Source: a virus
Lineage: Duplodnaviria > Caudoviricetes
IMG/VR virus record: IMGVR_UViG_3300037453_000171
Span: 35,881-99,880 of that record
DNA length: 64,000 bases
Direction: 5' to 3' (one strand)
The translations under genes were made by a program, and so were the position numbers. Below are positions 9,093 to 19,500 of the stretch, in pieces. Under the pieces are notes generated by a model. The model saw only the letters and a program-made list of their open reading frames with translations, was not told where the DNA came from and ran no database searches. Every line of letters starts with the position of its first letter. The first letter of the stretch is position 1.

Positions 9093-9701
9093 ATGACAAC
9101 CATCGAAAAGATACGGGCCGAGATTCTCCGGCTAATTTGCCCCTATGAAACTATGGCTGAAGTGATAGCATATAAAGAAGCCATCGATGATGTTACACTC
9201 ATCCTCGACACCCTTGAAGAACCCGTCTGCGATGACAAAAAAGATTTATTTCCAAGTGATGAGTTGGAATTGGAAATCATACGGTGGATGAGTGACGAAC
9301 TAAAACAGTCACCGCAGTTCCTGGAAATACCAATGACAGCCCGCCACTTCGCAGAATGGCAGAAAGCCCAAGATGACAAGATGGTTGACATCATCTACCA
9401 GCAAGGTATAGAAAAGGGGAAGGATGAAATGCGTGAACAGCAACCCGCCTGCGAGGATCTGGAAAAAGAGGCGGTAAGTTACTGCTTTGACAACGGACTA
9501 AACCTTTCTCCCAGAGTTGCAACTGACTTTGCCCGTCACTTTGCAAATTGGCAGAAGGAGCAGATGATGAAGGAGGCGGTGGAAGGAGAGTATGATTGCC
9601 AGTATGCAACTCCGGCTGTATTTCTGGACAAATATCTCGACGATGTTAAGGATGGCGACAAGGTTCGCATCATCATTTTACCGAAGGAGGACGAAGAATG
9701 A
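9093..9701 (+). CDS. Modular hypothetical protein with an internal repeat
   Basis: ARHFAEWQK / ARHFANWQK duplication. Confidence 0.75.
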   Translation: MTTIEKIRAEILRLICPYETMAEVIAYKEAIDDVTLILDTLEEPVCDDKKDLFPSDELELEIIRWMSDELKQSPQFLEIPMTARHFAEWQKAQDDKMVDIIYQQGIEKGKDEMREQQPACEDLEKEAVSYCFDNGLNLSPRVATDFARHFANWQKEQMMKEAVEGEYDCQYATPAVFLDKYLDDVKDGDKVRIIILPKEDEE

Positions 9702-9949
9702 AACTGACAAAAGAAGACTACATGAGACTGCCCAAGGAACGGCTTGCGGAACTTTTGGTAGAATTGCAGGAGACTCCGACCATCACTACACCAGACCCGT
9801 CGCCGATGCCTTATACTCCGCCGCCTTCTATTCCTTATGACCCGTGGAGAAATCCTTATAATCCATATCCGTATGGCCCAACTATTACCTACGCAGATTC
9901 TCCGAATACCAACGAGACGAAAGGAGACGATAATCTACACGCGTATTAG
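9698..9949 (+). CDS. Pro/Tyr-rich hypothetical protein
   Basis: 83 aa; ATGA overlap. Confidence 0.65.
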   Translation: MKLTKEDYMRLPKERLAELLVELQETPTITTPDPSPMPYTPPPSIPYDPWRNPYNPYPYGPTITYADSPNTNETKGDDNLHAY

Positions 9950-9960
9950 GAGGATGAAAT

Positions 9961-10140
9961 ATGACACTTGCAGAATTAATCGGGAAAGTCACGGCTATCC
10001 AGAATCAATTCAATTCAAGTAATATCAAAATCTACCACGGAGATCAAGAGGTGTGGTTTGACCTTGATGTTGTTTCACCAAGAAGTATGACAGATCCTTG
10101 GAAAATCAAAATCATAAACTATCGGGAGGACGAGAAATGA
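9961..10140 (+). CDS. Small hypothetical protein (MTLAELIGKV...)
   Basis: 59-aa ORF read manually; stop overlaps the next start. Confidence 0.55.
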   Translation: MTLAELIGKVTAIQNQFNSSNIKIYHGDQEVWFDLDVVSPRSMTDPWKIKIINYREDEK

Positions 10141-10304
10141 AAGACATTGATCTCTGTCCAGGAACAAACTGTCCGCTTGCATCTACCTGCCTTCGCGCTA
10201 TCTGGTATGACGAACACGACAAGAACTTGCCGTATAGATGGGAGATAGATCCGCCGGAAAAACCTTGTAAGTTATTTATTGCCAGAGAATACTATGGCGG
10301 ATGA
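10137..10304 (+). CDS. Small Cys-rich protein
   Basis: MKDIDLCPGTNCPLASTCLR...C; ATG at 10137. Confidence 0.6.
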   Translation: MKDIDLCPGTNCPLASTCLRAIWYDEHDKNLPYRWEIDPPEKPCKLFIAREYYGG

Positions 10305-10725
10305 CATCCTACAGGAAGCATTGGCTTTACCTCCGAACAGAAGGGCTAACCTGATCGCGGAGATAAGAAACAGTATCGAACAGGAACGGATTCAGCGGTA
10401 TGAAACGGTAAAATCTATCGTTGAATCTGTTGTCTGCCATAAGATAACCGACAGCAGGAAGCGAATGAATGTACGGTGCAGGATGTTCATCTGCTATATA
10501 ATGCGGAAAGACGGATACACGCTCGAGGAAATCGGGAAACTGATGAAGAAGAATCATGTAACCGTTCTGTACAGCATAAGAAGAATGGAAGATATGCTGT
10601 CGTTGCCAAGATTATATAAGGAGGAAATCGAACAACTAAAACAAATAGAAGAACTGGTCTATGAAACTGAAATTCAAGAAACTGACGCCGGATGCGGTGA
10701 TGCCGATGAAGGCGCATCCGAGTGA
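10294..10725 (+). CDS. DnaA C-terminal (domain IV) HTH-like protein
   Basis: SRKRMNVRCRMFICYIMRKDGYTLEEIGKLMKKNHVTVLYSIRR resembles the DnaA domain IV signature. Confidence 0.7.
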   Translation: MADDILQEALALPPNRRANLIAEIRNSIEQERIQRYETVKSIVESVVCHKITDSRKRMNVRCRMFICYIMRKDGYTLEEIGKLMKKNHVTVLYSIRRMEDMLSLPRLYKEEIEQLKQIEELVYETEIQETDAGCGDADEGASE

Positions 10726-11089
10726 TGCCGGATTTGATTTGACGGCAGTATCTGTTGAGGAGGACAGGAAACGGAATATCGTTACCTACCATACGGGTAT
10801 TTCCGTATCGTTGCCCGAAGGATACTTCGGTCTGCTTTGCCCTCGTTCAAGCGTATATAAGCATCAGCTCCAACTGGCGAACGGATTAGGAATCATCGAC
10901 CAAGGTTATCACGGAGAGTTGATCTTCAAGTATCGTATCGTTCAGCCACACATCAGCAGGTATCCGGTAGGAGAAAGGGTGGGACAATTGGTTGTCGTTC
11001 CTTACCCGGAATTGGAACTGGAAGAAGTGGATGAATTTGAAGATTCCGACAGGGGTACCGGAGGATTCGGATCTTCTGATAACAAGTAG
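10661..11089 (+). CDS. dut: Trimeric dUTPase
   Basis: Motifs AGFDL, PRSS, GIIDQGYHG, ERVGQL, RGTGGFGSS. Confidence 0.95.
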   Translation: MKLKFKKLTPDAVMPMKAHPSDAGFDLTAVSVEEDRKRNIVTYHTGISVSLPEGYFGLLCPRSSVYKHQLQLANGLGIIDQGYHGELIFKYRIVQPHISRYPVGERVGQLVVVPYPELELEEVDEFEDSDRGTGGFGSSDNK

Positions 11090-12306
11090 TCTATTACTCT
11101 GCGATTAGCGACATCCACGGCTTCCTGATTAAACTTGACATAAATGAGAGTGGTCCTGTTGCCTGACGAATGGCCCAGTGCCTGCGAGATAACATCGAGG
11201 GAGATGCCTACTTCATAAGCAAAGGTAGCCCAGCAATGACGAGCATAGTATGTGGAGATTTCCGGGATGACCGGCGTAATGGTTTTTAACAGTCGTGGTG
11301 TACCAAATAAATCCTCCGGATCTGGAACCATCTCCCATCTTACGTCTCCTATCTCCTTCAGCTTGTCGTTCATCTCGTGTACGAAATTCTTGTAGTGCTT
11401 GCAATGGTCCATTGCCTCCAGCAGATACCGCTCTCCTCTGTATTTTTTCAGCAGTTCCTCAGCCTCCGGTTCAATCTTGATTGAATATTTCTTATGTGTC
11501 TTCTCCCGGATATATTCGAGCCTACCATTAACAATTCGTTTCTCACTAGCCAACAACAGGTCTTTCGAGTTTATTCCGATGAGATAGAACATGAGGAGGA
11601 AATAGTCGCGATACCTGCATAGATTTGCTGGTGCCGGATGGTTGAGGAACTTCCTGAAGATTTCTATGGACACGGACCGTTTCTTCGTCGGTTCATGCTT
11701 GATCGAGAAGTTCTCGAACGGATATGTCGATACGGCTCCGGTGTGTTTTGCGTAATTGCACACAGCCCGGAGACTGCGGAGATAGATGGCCCTTCCGTTT
11801 ACCCCCTGGGTCCTCGCCAGAAACCTTTCAAACTGATGCAACCATTTAAGATTTATGTCTTCCATCTTCAGCGTCTTGCCTCCGAACGCAAGAACCTTCG
11901 AGAGCGTAGTCCTGTAGATTTCTTTCGTTCCTTCCTTGATATCCCGGACAAGATATTCCGTAAACATATCTGATACGAGATGAACTGGCTTGACAACTTT
12001 CTTTTCCGCTATCGCCTGCTTGATTTGCGGAGCAGTCATAGAATCGAATCTATCCGATCTATCAGGATCTATTGATAGATACGCAATAGATCGATCGACA
12101 GAAGATTTCTTCTCCGCAAGCCTTGCGTTCAAGGCGTCGGAACCAGGAACGCCCTTGATATGATTGCCATCCCATTCATTCGGAGCCACACGGATACCGG
12201 TAGGAATCATAGCCGTTGTCCGGTTATGATAGATGGTGATGACGATGCTGCCTTTCCCGTCTTTCGCTCTACCGCGAAGATCCAGGTAAAACCTTGTTGT
12301 TGCCAT
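11002..12306 (-). CDS. int: Tyrosine integrase (Bacteroidota arm-binding + SAM-like + catalytic domains)
   Basis: N-terminal arm domain MATTRFYLD...IPTGIRVAPNEWD; YIREKT; YYARHCWAT; ISQALGH; TTLIY catalytic Tyr; start at 12306 lies downstream of a TAnnTTTG promoter. Confidence 0.92.
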   Translation of the reverse strand: MATTRFYLDLRGRAKDGKGSIVITIYHNRTTAMIPTGIRVAPNEWDGNHIKGVPGSDALNARLAEKKSSVDRSIAYLSIDPDRSDRFDSMTAPQIKQAIAEKKVVKPVHLVSDMFTEYLVRDIKEGTKEIYRTTLSKVLAFGGKTLKMEDINLKWLHQFERFLARTQGVNGRAIYLRSLRAVCNYAKHTGAVSTYPFENFSIKHEPTKKRSVSIEIFRKFLNHPAPANLCRYRDYFLLMFYLIGINSKDLLLASEKRIVNGRLEYIREKTHKKYSIKIEPEAEELLKKYRGERYLLEAMDHCKHYKNFVHEMNDKLKEIGDVRWEMVPDPEDLFGTPRLLKTITPVIPEISTYYARHCWATFAYEVGISLDVISQALGHSSGNRTTLIYVKFNQEAVDVANRRVIDYLLSEDPNPPVPLSESSNSSTSSSSNSG

Positions 12307-12322
12307 GTTGAAGTATTTACTA

Positions 12323-12330
12323 CAAATATA
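12323..12330 (-). promoter_or_regulatory. -7 promoter element for the integrase (TATATTTG)
   Basis: caaatata on the + strand, just upstream of the int ATG. Confidence 0.6.
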
Positions 12331-12336
12331 TGAATT

Positions 12337-12358
12337 TGTCTGCATACGATTCCGCATA
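12337..12358 (+). repeat. Putative integrase arm-type sites (left pair)
   Basis: TGTCTGCATA 12337-12346 and ATTCCGCATA 12349-12358, 12-bp period. Confidence 0.55.
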
Positions 12359-12466
12359 GCGAATTATAGATGTAGAATAGCGATTTTAAAGGCAAAAACA
12401 AAAAGGCTTCAAAAATCCTTGCGGGAGATTGAAGCCAATCAATTGAAAATTAAAGAGTTACTTATG

Positions 12467-12512
12467 TGGAGATAAGGGGATTCGAACCCCTGACCCCCTG
12501 CTTGCAAAGCAG
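12467..12512 (-). mobile_element. attP core: 3' half of tRNA-Ala(UGC)
   Basis: Reverse complement CTGCTTTGCAAGCAGGGGGTCAGGGGTTCGAATCCCCTTATCTCCA = anticodon arm (UGC), T arm, acceptor strand; no D arm or 5' half; adjacent to int. Confidence 0.88.
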
Positions 12513-12554
12513 TAGATTTCTCCGCTTAATCACATGACAGTCACATAAATAGAT

Positions 12555-12794
12555 ATGAAAGAAAATAATTCTGCAAATGATTCTGCAAAAATGCAGCAAG
12601 AGTTTTATACCGAAGCGCCAAAATGGAAGTGGCAGATTTTAGATTGGGAGAGAGCTAAAGAAGGGAAAATTCAGGTCATCGATGTTAATAATACTCCGCT
12701 TCTTGAAATAAAACTGAGCGATATACCAAAGCACATGAGCGTTGTCGTTTGGCTGACTATTCTGATAAATACTGGAATTATACTTAAACAATGA
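12555..12794 (+). CDS. Hypothetical protein adjacent to attP
   Basis: 79-aa ORF; ATGA overlap with the next gene. Confidence 0.5.
   Translation: MKENNSANDSAKMQQEFYTEAPKWKWQILDWERAKEGKIQVIDVNNTPLLEIKLSDIPKHMSVVVWLTILINTGIILKQ
12568..12589 (+). repeat. Putative integrase arm-type sites (right pair)
   Basis: ATTCTGCAAA twice (12568-12577, 12580-12589), 12-bp period, same orientation as the left pair. Confidence 0.6.
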
Positions 12795-13261
12795 ACTACG
12801 ACTTAACCAACAAGGAGAACAGACTTCGGTTTATCCGTCGATGTAACTTCCTGCTGAAGAACCAGCGGAACAATGTTTCGTTGGTGGATGAATCGAACCG
12901 AACCCTTAACCAGAACAGTTATATCCATGTATTGTGCAGAGTGCTTGCACAGGACATCGGTGTAACTGAACGGTACGCCAAGCAGGTTTATTTCAAGGAA
13001 CTGGCTAATCCGGATGTGTTCGTCACCGTTACGAAAGATCCGCTTACCGGAGATATGATGAAAGTAATCCGAAGCACCTGCGATCTTACCATCCAGGAAA
13101 TGCGTAATGCCATTGATGGGTTCATCAAATGGGCGGCGGATAATGGTTACGATTTACCGGAGGCAAACATTAATGATGACGGCACGATGGAGTTTGCATC
13201 TGAAGAAGATCGGCAGAAATTCCATCAAGCAGAAATTGAAACAAGTAAAGTTGAACTATGA
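12791..13261 (+). CDS. NinB/DUF1367-like recombination protein
   Basis: RTLNQNSYIHV...IRSTCDLTIQEMRNAID pattern. Confidence 0.65.
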   Translation: MNYDLTNKENRLRFIRRCNFLLKNQRNNVSLVDESNRTLNQNSYIHVLCRVLAQDIGVTERYAKQVYFKELANPDVFVTVTKDPLTGDMMKVIRSTCDLTIQEMRNAIDGFIKWAADNGYDLPEANINDDGTMEFASEEDRQKFHQAEIETSKVEL

Positions 13262-13404
13262 CAAAGAAAGATAAAAAACAATTCCTAAAGGAGATAAAAA
13301 ATCTTCTCCAGGAATCTTACGAAGATGACGGCAATTCCTACGAACTTGAATTTCGCGGTATGCTGGAAGAAATCGTATCCGTTTGGAGCGAATTGACATC
13401 ATAA
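13258..13404 (+). CDS. Small hypothetical protein (MTKKDKKQFLKE...)
   Basis: 48-aa ORF read manually; ATGA overlap; stops at the terminator. Confidence 0.55.
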   Translation: MTKKDKKQFLKEIKNLLQESYEDDGNSYELEFRGMLEEIVSVWSELTS

Positions 13405-13434
13405 AAACAGGGGTGCATCACTGCATCCCTGTTT
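13405..13434. terminator. Bidirectional intrinsic terminator between the two convergent genome arms
   Basis: AAACAGGGGTGCA-TCAC-TGCATCCCTGTTT; GUGA tetraloop on the - strand. Confidence 0.8.
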
Positions 13435-13478
13435 CCTCCTTTAACAAAACCCTCGATTATGAAGTAAAAACACCATAG

Positions 13479-13486
13479 CAAAGATA
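13479..13486 (-). promoter_or_regulatory. -7 promoter element TATCTTTG driving a ~70-nt candidate sRNA
   Basis: caaagata on the + strand; no ORF between it and the terminator. Confidence 0.5.
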
Positions 13487-13529
13487 TCGAAAAGAACAAG
13501 TCGAATTCGATATGTAAGTCAGTTTGTTA

Positions 13530-16500
13530 CTAATACTGAGCGTCATTCTTGTAGTAGTTGATGAGTGGCTGAGGATCGAGGAAGTTATCCACTTTCTTAG
13601 CCATCGAGATGATAGGCAGTTCGCGGAAGTACTTGTAGGCTTTCTTGTGTCCACGATATCTTCCGGACTTGACAGTCTGCATGTAGTTCGACGGAACAAG
13701 AAGTTGGAACGCATTAATCGTGTTGGTCAGCGGTTCGATAGCAGCGAACGGAGATTTCAGGATATGCATGGCTTCATCTACCAACATAGGAGTAGGAGCC
13801 ATTGCGCCGATTTCCGTACGGAGCCTCAACATCTGCGACATCACCGTCTGATCCCACCACTTCAGAACCTTTCCACGGTCATCGCCCTCATATTCAGGCG
13901 GCGGTATCTTCCCAAGCAGGGCACAGGCAAGATACAATCCAACAACAGTGGCAAGTTCAATCATGGAACGATGAACGTTGGATTTCTCGTAATCGTTCAT
14001 CTTGTTCCAGTTGAGTGAGATGGATGTACGGAGAGCCTTCAAGTCATCGACGATATTCAGCATCGACTTAGCACTCTCTTCTTCGCTCACCTGCTCCTTG
14101 GTCGAAACAACGATATCGTGGAGAAGTCTGAACATCGTAGCGTGATATCCTTCCTCGTGTCTGCCTTTCAGTGCATTGTAATGGACGCCTGCATATCTTC
14201 TCTTGAGTGAAGGAGCGATCCATTTACGATACATGATAAGCAGGGCGCCGAGGGCATATTGCTGGACTGCGCTTCTGTCATCCAGATTGTAGATACCTTG
14301 CAGTTCGAAGTTCAGTCCGGCAACGGCTTTCGCAAACTTGATCTCGTCATCCTGCGTCAGTGCAGAACCGTCAGCTTTCGTGTACCCATCCTTCAGTTGC
14401 AGATAGGCTCCAGTCTTTCGAGCCGGATCGGTATACTTGACCTCGTAGGCATCCCACAGATTAGCATCCTCTCCGTAAGGGCCCCTCATCTTGAAGTTCC
14501 TCGCAACAGACAGAGCAGTAGTGGAAGCAAGCAGGTCTTCACCCATCGTCAATCCGGCATACAGAAGGCTGCTGTTGAATATCTTCGAAAGCCGGGATCT
14601 CTTATAGCTCAAGTTCTTATATTTCCGTCCGTTATCCTGATGGACATCGAATTTGTCGAGCCACAGGGATAGTTTGTTATCATAGTCGGTCTTACCGGTT
14701 TCAGCAAGACGGTCTCCAGATTCCTTCATATACAGACCAAGCGCCCATTTCGTATCTGCAATCGAGAAGGTCTTCGCTCCAACAGTTTCAAACAGGATCT
14801 GAGTAAGGCCGACACTGATGTTGGCGATACGTTGTGGAATATTGACTGCCATCTGGGAGTAGGAGGTGATTGCATTCAGCGTATCGACAGCTTTTCTCTT
14901 GGAGATCTTCGTATTTCCGATCGTTCCTTCGTTAGCCTGGATATGCCCGTAGATATGCATCTGGAAGAAATCTTCCAGTGCTGCAGCGATATTGGTTTCA
15001 GCCTGCTTCTTTGTAAACGGATTATGGAAGATAGCGTTTTCGGTTTCGATCGTTTCCCGCTTCGTCTTCTTTCCGGCGTGTTGTCCGACTTCTCTCTGGG
15101 ATGACATGAATTTCGCATTCTCGAGAATGCCGATAACGTTGTTCAGTTCACCATATTCATAAGCCATACCGGCATATGCGAGAATAGAGGCGGCAACATC
15201 GTCAATCATATCGTCGAAGGATTCATTCTTGCCCTTTGCGAGATAATTGACCGGAAGCATATCTACCTGATTGCCCTCGAAGTCCACGCGGATCTCGTAG
15301 TTGTCATAATCGATACTGGAAGATGTGTCAAGAATACTGTTGCGAACTCCTTCCCAGACCTCCATGGTCTTCTGCTTGATACCTTCTGATTCCTTCACGC
15401 GATCCCAGGTGTACTTGCGAAGCATGACGATCTTGCGTTCTCCAGTGAGAGAGTCGGGAAGATATCCGTCAGCGTCCTTCTTGATTTCCATCATCGTCTG
15501 ATAGAATCGATACTTCGCACCGCCGAGCTCCTTGGCCTTGTCTTCCGTGATGTATTCGCCAGACTTGTGAAGCTTGCCATCATCCTGTCTTCCGTCGCAC
15601 CACTTGCCGCCGTCATACCGCTTCCACTCGAACATCCAGCTCTGGTCATTCGAGCCGGTTTCCTTGATGAGTTCGGCAACAGCCTTTTCGATACGCGGCT
15701 TGATGGACAAGGTGCGGCTTCTCGCCTTATACTTCGCGCTTCTGGTCAAGTCATCGATTGCGTTCAACGCATAGTCGTTACAGTCGGCAATAGCATGGAA
15801 CCAGCGGGAGGCAAGCGAGATGTCTCGGTCTGCGCGATGAGCCATCTCATCAATCGTGATGACTCGCCCTTTCTCCTTGCCGATGTCAATAGTAACTCCG
15901 TGTTCTCCGTATACATTCGACAGCATTTCCTTGAAGTAATGCATCGCCTGCATATTGTAGTATTCGAAGAATCTACGGAGAACACCAGCGGTTTCATTGA
16001 TGGCCTGTGACAGCCCGACGGAATCCTTGACTTCGCCTTCCGCAATGGCCTTGCTGACATCATCGAGAACAGCGGAGAAACCATACAGCGTGTCACGAAC
16101 CATATTAAGTTTACGACAGATTTCATTCGCTTTGTACTTACCGGAATCAATATCGCTCGTCAGTTTCTCCTGCGTTTTAGTCAAGAAATCCAGCGAATCG
16201 TTCATATAAGTAATGATCGCATCTTCTGTCTTGTAATTCTTGATGGAATTCTCCAACTTCTTAATCTGAAGTTCAACGGCGGCAATGGATTTGCTTTCGC
16301 GCATCTTCTCCTTGTCGTATCCGATACGGCGCTGAAGAATGTCCAGACGCTTCAGTTCGTTCTTGAGAATCCGATGAAGGACATCTTCCTTTCCATCAAG
16401 ATTCTTCTTGACCTTCTCTGCCTTTGCGTAAAGCTGTCCGTTACGGTTGATATCCTGTAGCGTCTTATCGTCGAGAATCTTTCCGCCGAGAAGTTCGCGT

Positions 16501-19500
16501 CCTATCTTGGAAGCGATATCATTAGCTTCGAAGATGGCGTTCTGAATTTCATCACGGCGGAACCTGCGCAGGAATGACTTGATAGCATCAACAACACGCT
16601 GCAGAATCCGTCTGACAGGACTGGTGCGAATCTCCTCCTGCCTGAACATCTGCTTGGCAACCAGTTTACCGGCAGCTTCAGTGACGAGTTTCTCGCGGTC
16701 ATTGCCGTATGATTTTACATAATCATCGTACTGACCTTCGAACGCTTCACGGAGCGCATCGTCGTTGTTATTCAGGACATCGAGCAACCGCTTCACGAGA
16801 GGATTGTCGTGACCTATCATCTCGATACCGAAGTGAGCGAATTCTTCCGGCAATGCACTCTCTCCGAGATAGCCTTCAGCGATACGAATCATCTCCTTCA
16901 GACCTTCGGCGGTTACCATAGCGGTATCGAAATCAGTGACACCGGCGAGCGACATTCTCGCTTCGAGTTCGTTCAACGCACCGACAGCGACGCCTTTCTC
17001 GCGAAGTATCTCACGAAGTCTTGCATTCAATCTGGAATAGACACGCTGCTTTCTTGCTTCACGGATGTTTGCTGGAGTAGCAGGAACACGTTCCGTTTTG
17101 ATTTTACCATCAGGCTGGCGACGGGCAATAGACAGATAGTTTCCTTTCTTGACAGTAGTTTCAGCTTCGGGATTTGCACCGACTTTCGCTTTCTCGAGAG
17201 CAGCCATATCTACACCGGCAAATCCAAGCCCCATCATCGGAGTGTAATTGGCAAGTATCTCGTCTTCTGCAGTAAGCGGTGGAGGAGTTTCATCCATCTG
17301 CCCATTTTGCTGCGATGCGGCTTCTGCCTTCTGTTCCAGTTCTTCCATTGAATTGGCTTCCTGCTGTGTTGGAATAAGACCAAGCGAAGCGGCAAAGCCG
17401 GTTCCAATTTTAGTCTTATCTACCTCACCGTTTCTTACGGCACCAATCGAATTGACATATCCGTGAGTATAAGTTGAATTCTCAAGCCCGGCTTCGTAGT
17501 TGGATTCAGCAAAATGATTCTCCTCAACATCATCACGAACACCCCACGCGCTGTCGTTACCGGCAACAATGGGATGAACCTCCCAGAAGTTCAGTCTTGG
17601 ATTATATTGAAGCGTCACCTGATTACCTTGAAGTCTTACGCCAAGTTTTTCTGCGACAACGGGATGAATTGCGCCATTGCGATCCTTGTCGAGACGATAC
17701 AGGATTTGCGTGCGATGATCCGGATCTCCTGCATTTAGAATAATATATCTCTCATCCTTGATTCGGTCATACAACTGTGGATTCAATTCTCTGGTAATAG
17801 AATCGACACCAATCGGGAATGTCTTGTCGGTTACATTAAGAAGGAACTTGGAATCTCCCCAGTGGTTCAGGATATACTGATTGATAAAGTTCTCCTCCTC
17901 GACAGAGTCACTTGTCCAAGTAGATCTCTGAACTTCACGAAGCGCATCGATGTATCCTGGAGTTTCCATCAGGACGGAGAACGGAGCGAAGTGCGCGAAC
18001 TCGTACATACCGTATCCGAATCCGCTCGTATACATATTGTACTTGAACAGATCGACCGCAAGCTTGCGGACGCTTTCATCACTGCTCTGCAGCATCTCTC
18101 CCCAGTAAGCACGGATACTGTCCGCCATGCCTTCCACGGCAGGACCGTTGAGGCTGAACAGGATTCGCGGCCTGTCCTTGGTCTCTTCCGGAGAAGTAGT
18201 CGTGAACTTATCAAGGAAGGCGTTGTCGATCAGGGCTTCAGCCGCAGGATCTTTTCCAGGATTCTGTTTCGCGTTTTCAATACGCTTCTTCAGCATCCTC
18301 AAGTCATGCGGGACATCGACAATGATGCGTTTTTGTTCCTCCTGCGGGTCTCCTTGGATAAATTTCTCGTTATCAAGAAGTTTCCAGAGGATCATTTCCT
18401 GCGTGATATGCTCGATGATGGACCGCTTCGCATCCTTACTGTTGACGTGATACATCTTGAATATCTTCCTCGCGGTACCGATCCAGTCGGCACGAGCCTG
18501 CGGGAAGTATTCCTTGAACATATCAAGGCTGGAATCCATCATCAAGGAATTCAGAGCGACAACTTCCGTCAACTTATCGCCGAGTTGTTCCATGATAAAT
18601 TTTGGATCCCATCCTTCGTGAACATCTCGCTTCTTCAATACATCACGCATTCCGGAAATATGAATCGAGCTGTCGGGGTTCTTGGCAAGTTTCTCGCGGA
18701 AATCCTCGAGTGCGATATGCTTCAGGATGATATCCGAAATGCTCGAACCGATGGAGCCGGAATCAGACTCTGGTCTTGTAAGCCGAATGAAATCAGCGAG
18801 CGTCTTCGCGCCGGATGACAGATGAGATAAGATATAAAGGATACCCGTCTGCTGATTGATGAGAGGAATGTCTTGCGAATTCTTGATTTCTTCAAGTGAC
18901 ATCTGAAGCGTACCGATATAGTCTTCTTCTTTCATCGCGCCAGCTTTCTCGATGGCGTCAGAGAAGGAAACTCGCTTGTCATTGAACTGGGATTGAAGCT
19001 CCTCGACCAACTTTTCGGCTTCTTTGCGAAGTCCTTCACTGTCGCGCCCTTTCAGTCTATTGATAAGTTCGATGACAACCGGCTGGTTCATGATAAGATG
19101 AACCTGCTCCTCGTCGATACCAGCAGCAAACAGGAAGGATGTCATCTCTGCCATTTCCTTGGTCTGATTCAAGTAGCCGAGAATAGGATCCTTACCATTA
19201 TCAACGGCGGCGTTCAGAAGACGGGCAAGACCGAGTGAAGCAAATGTACCTTCACGGTTCTCGACACTGAACAGCTCCTTAATAGGTTTACCGAACAAAT
19301 TGATAACGGTCCTGTAACCTTCTGCGTTTTCGGAAGGAACATATTCCATGTCAAGACGCTGAAGCATCTGTTGGGCGGAATTATACAATGCATAGATACC
19401 GATCATCTCCGCACCACCCATCAGATAGTCATAGGCGTCAAGTGAGTGGGTCAACGTATACGGAGTATCTGCGTTGCTGACGGCACGGACAAGAACAGTT

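Noticed and set aside
12307-12357. Extended integrase N-terminus from the ORF track
   Set aside because: It overlaps the promoter and arm sites; MATTRFYLD at 12306 fits the family start
12440-12545. Intact tRNA-Ala gene
   Set aside because: Only the anticodon arm through the acceptor strand is present; no D arm or 5' acceptor strand, so it is an att core
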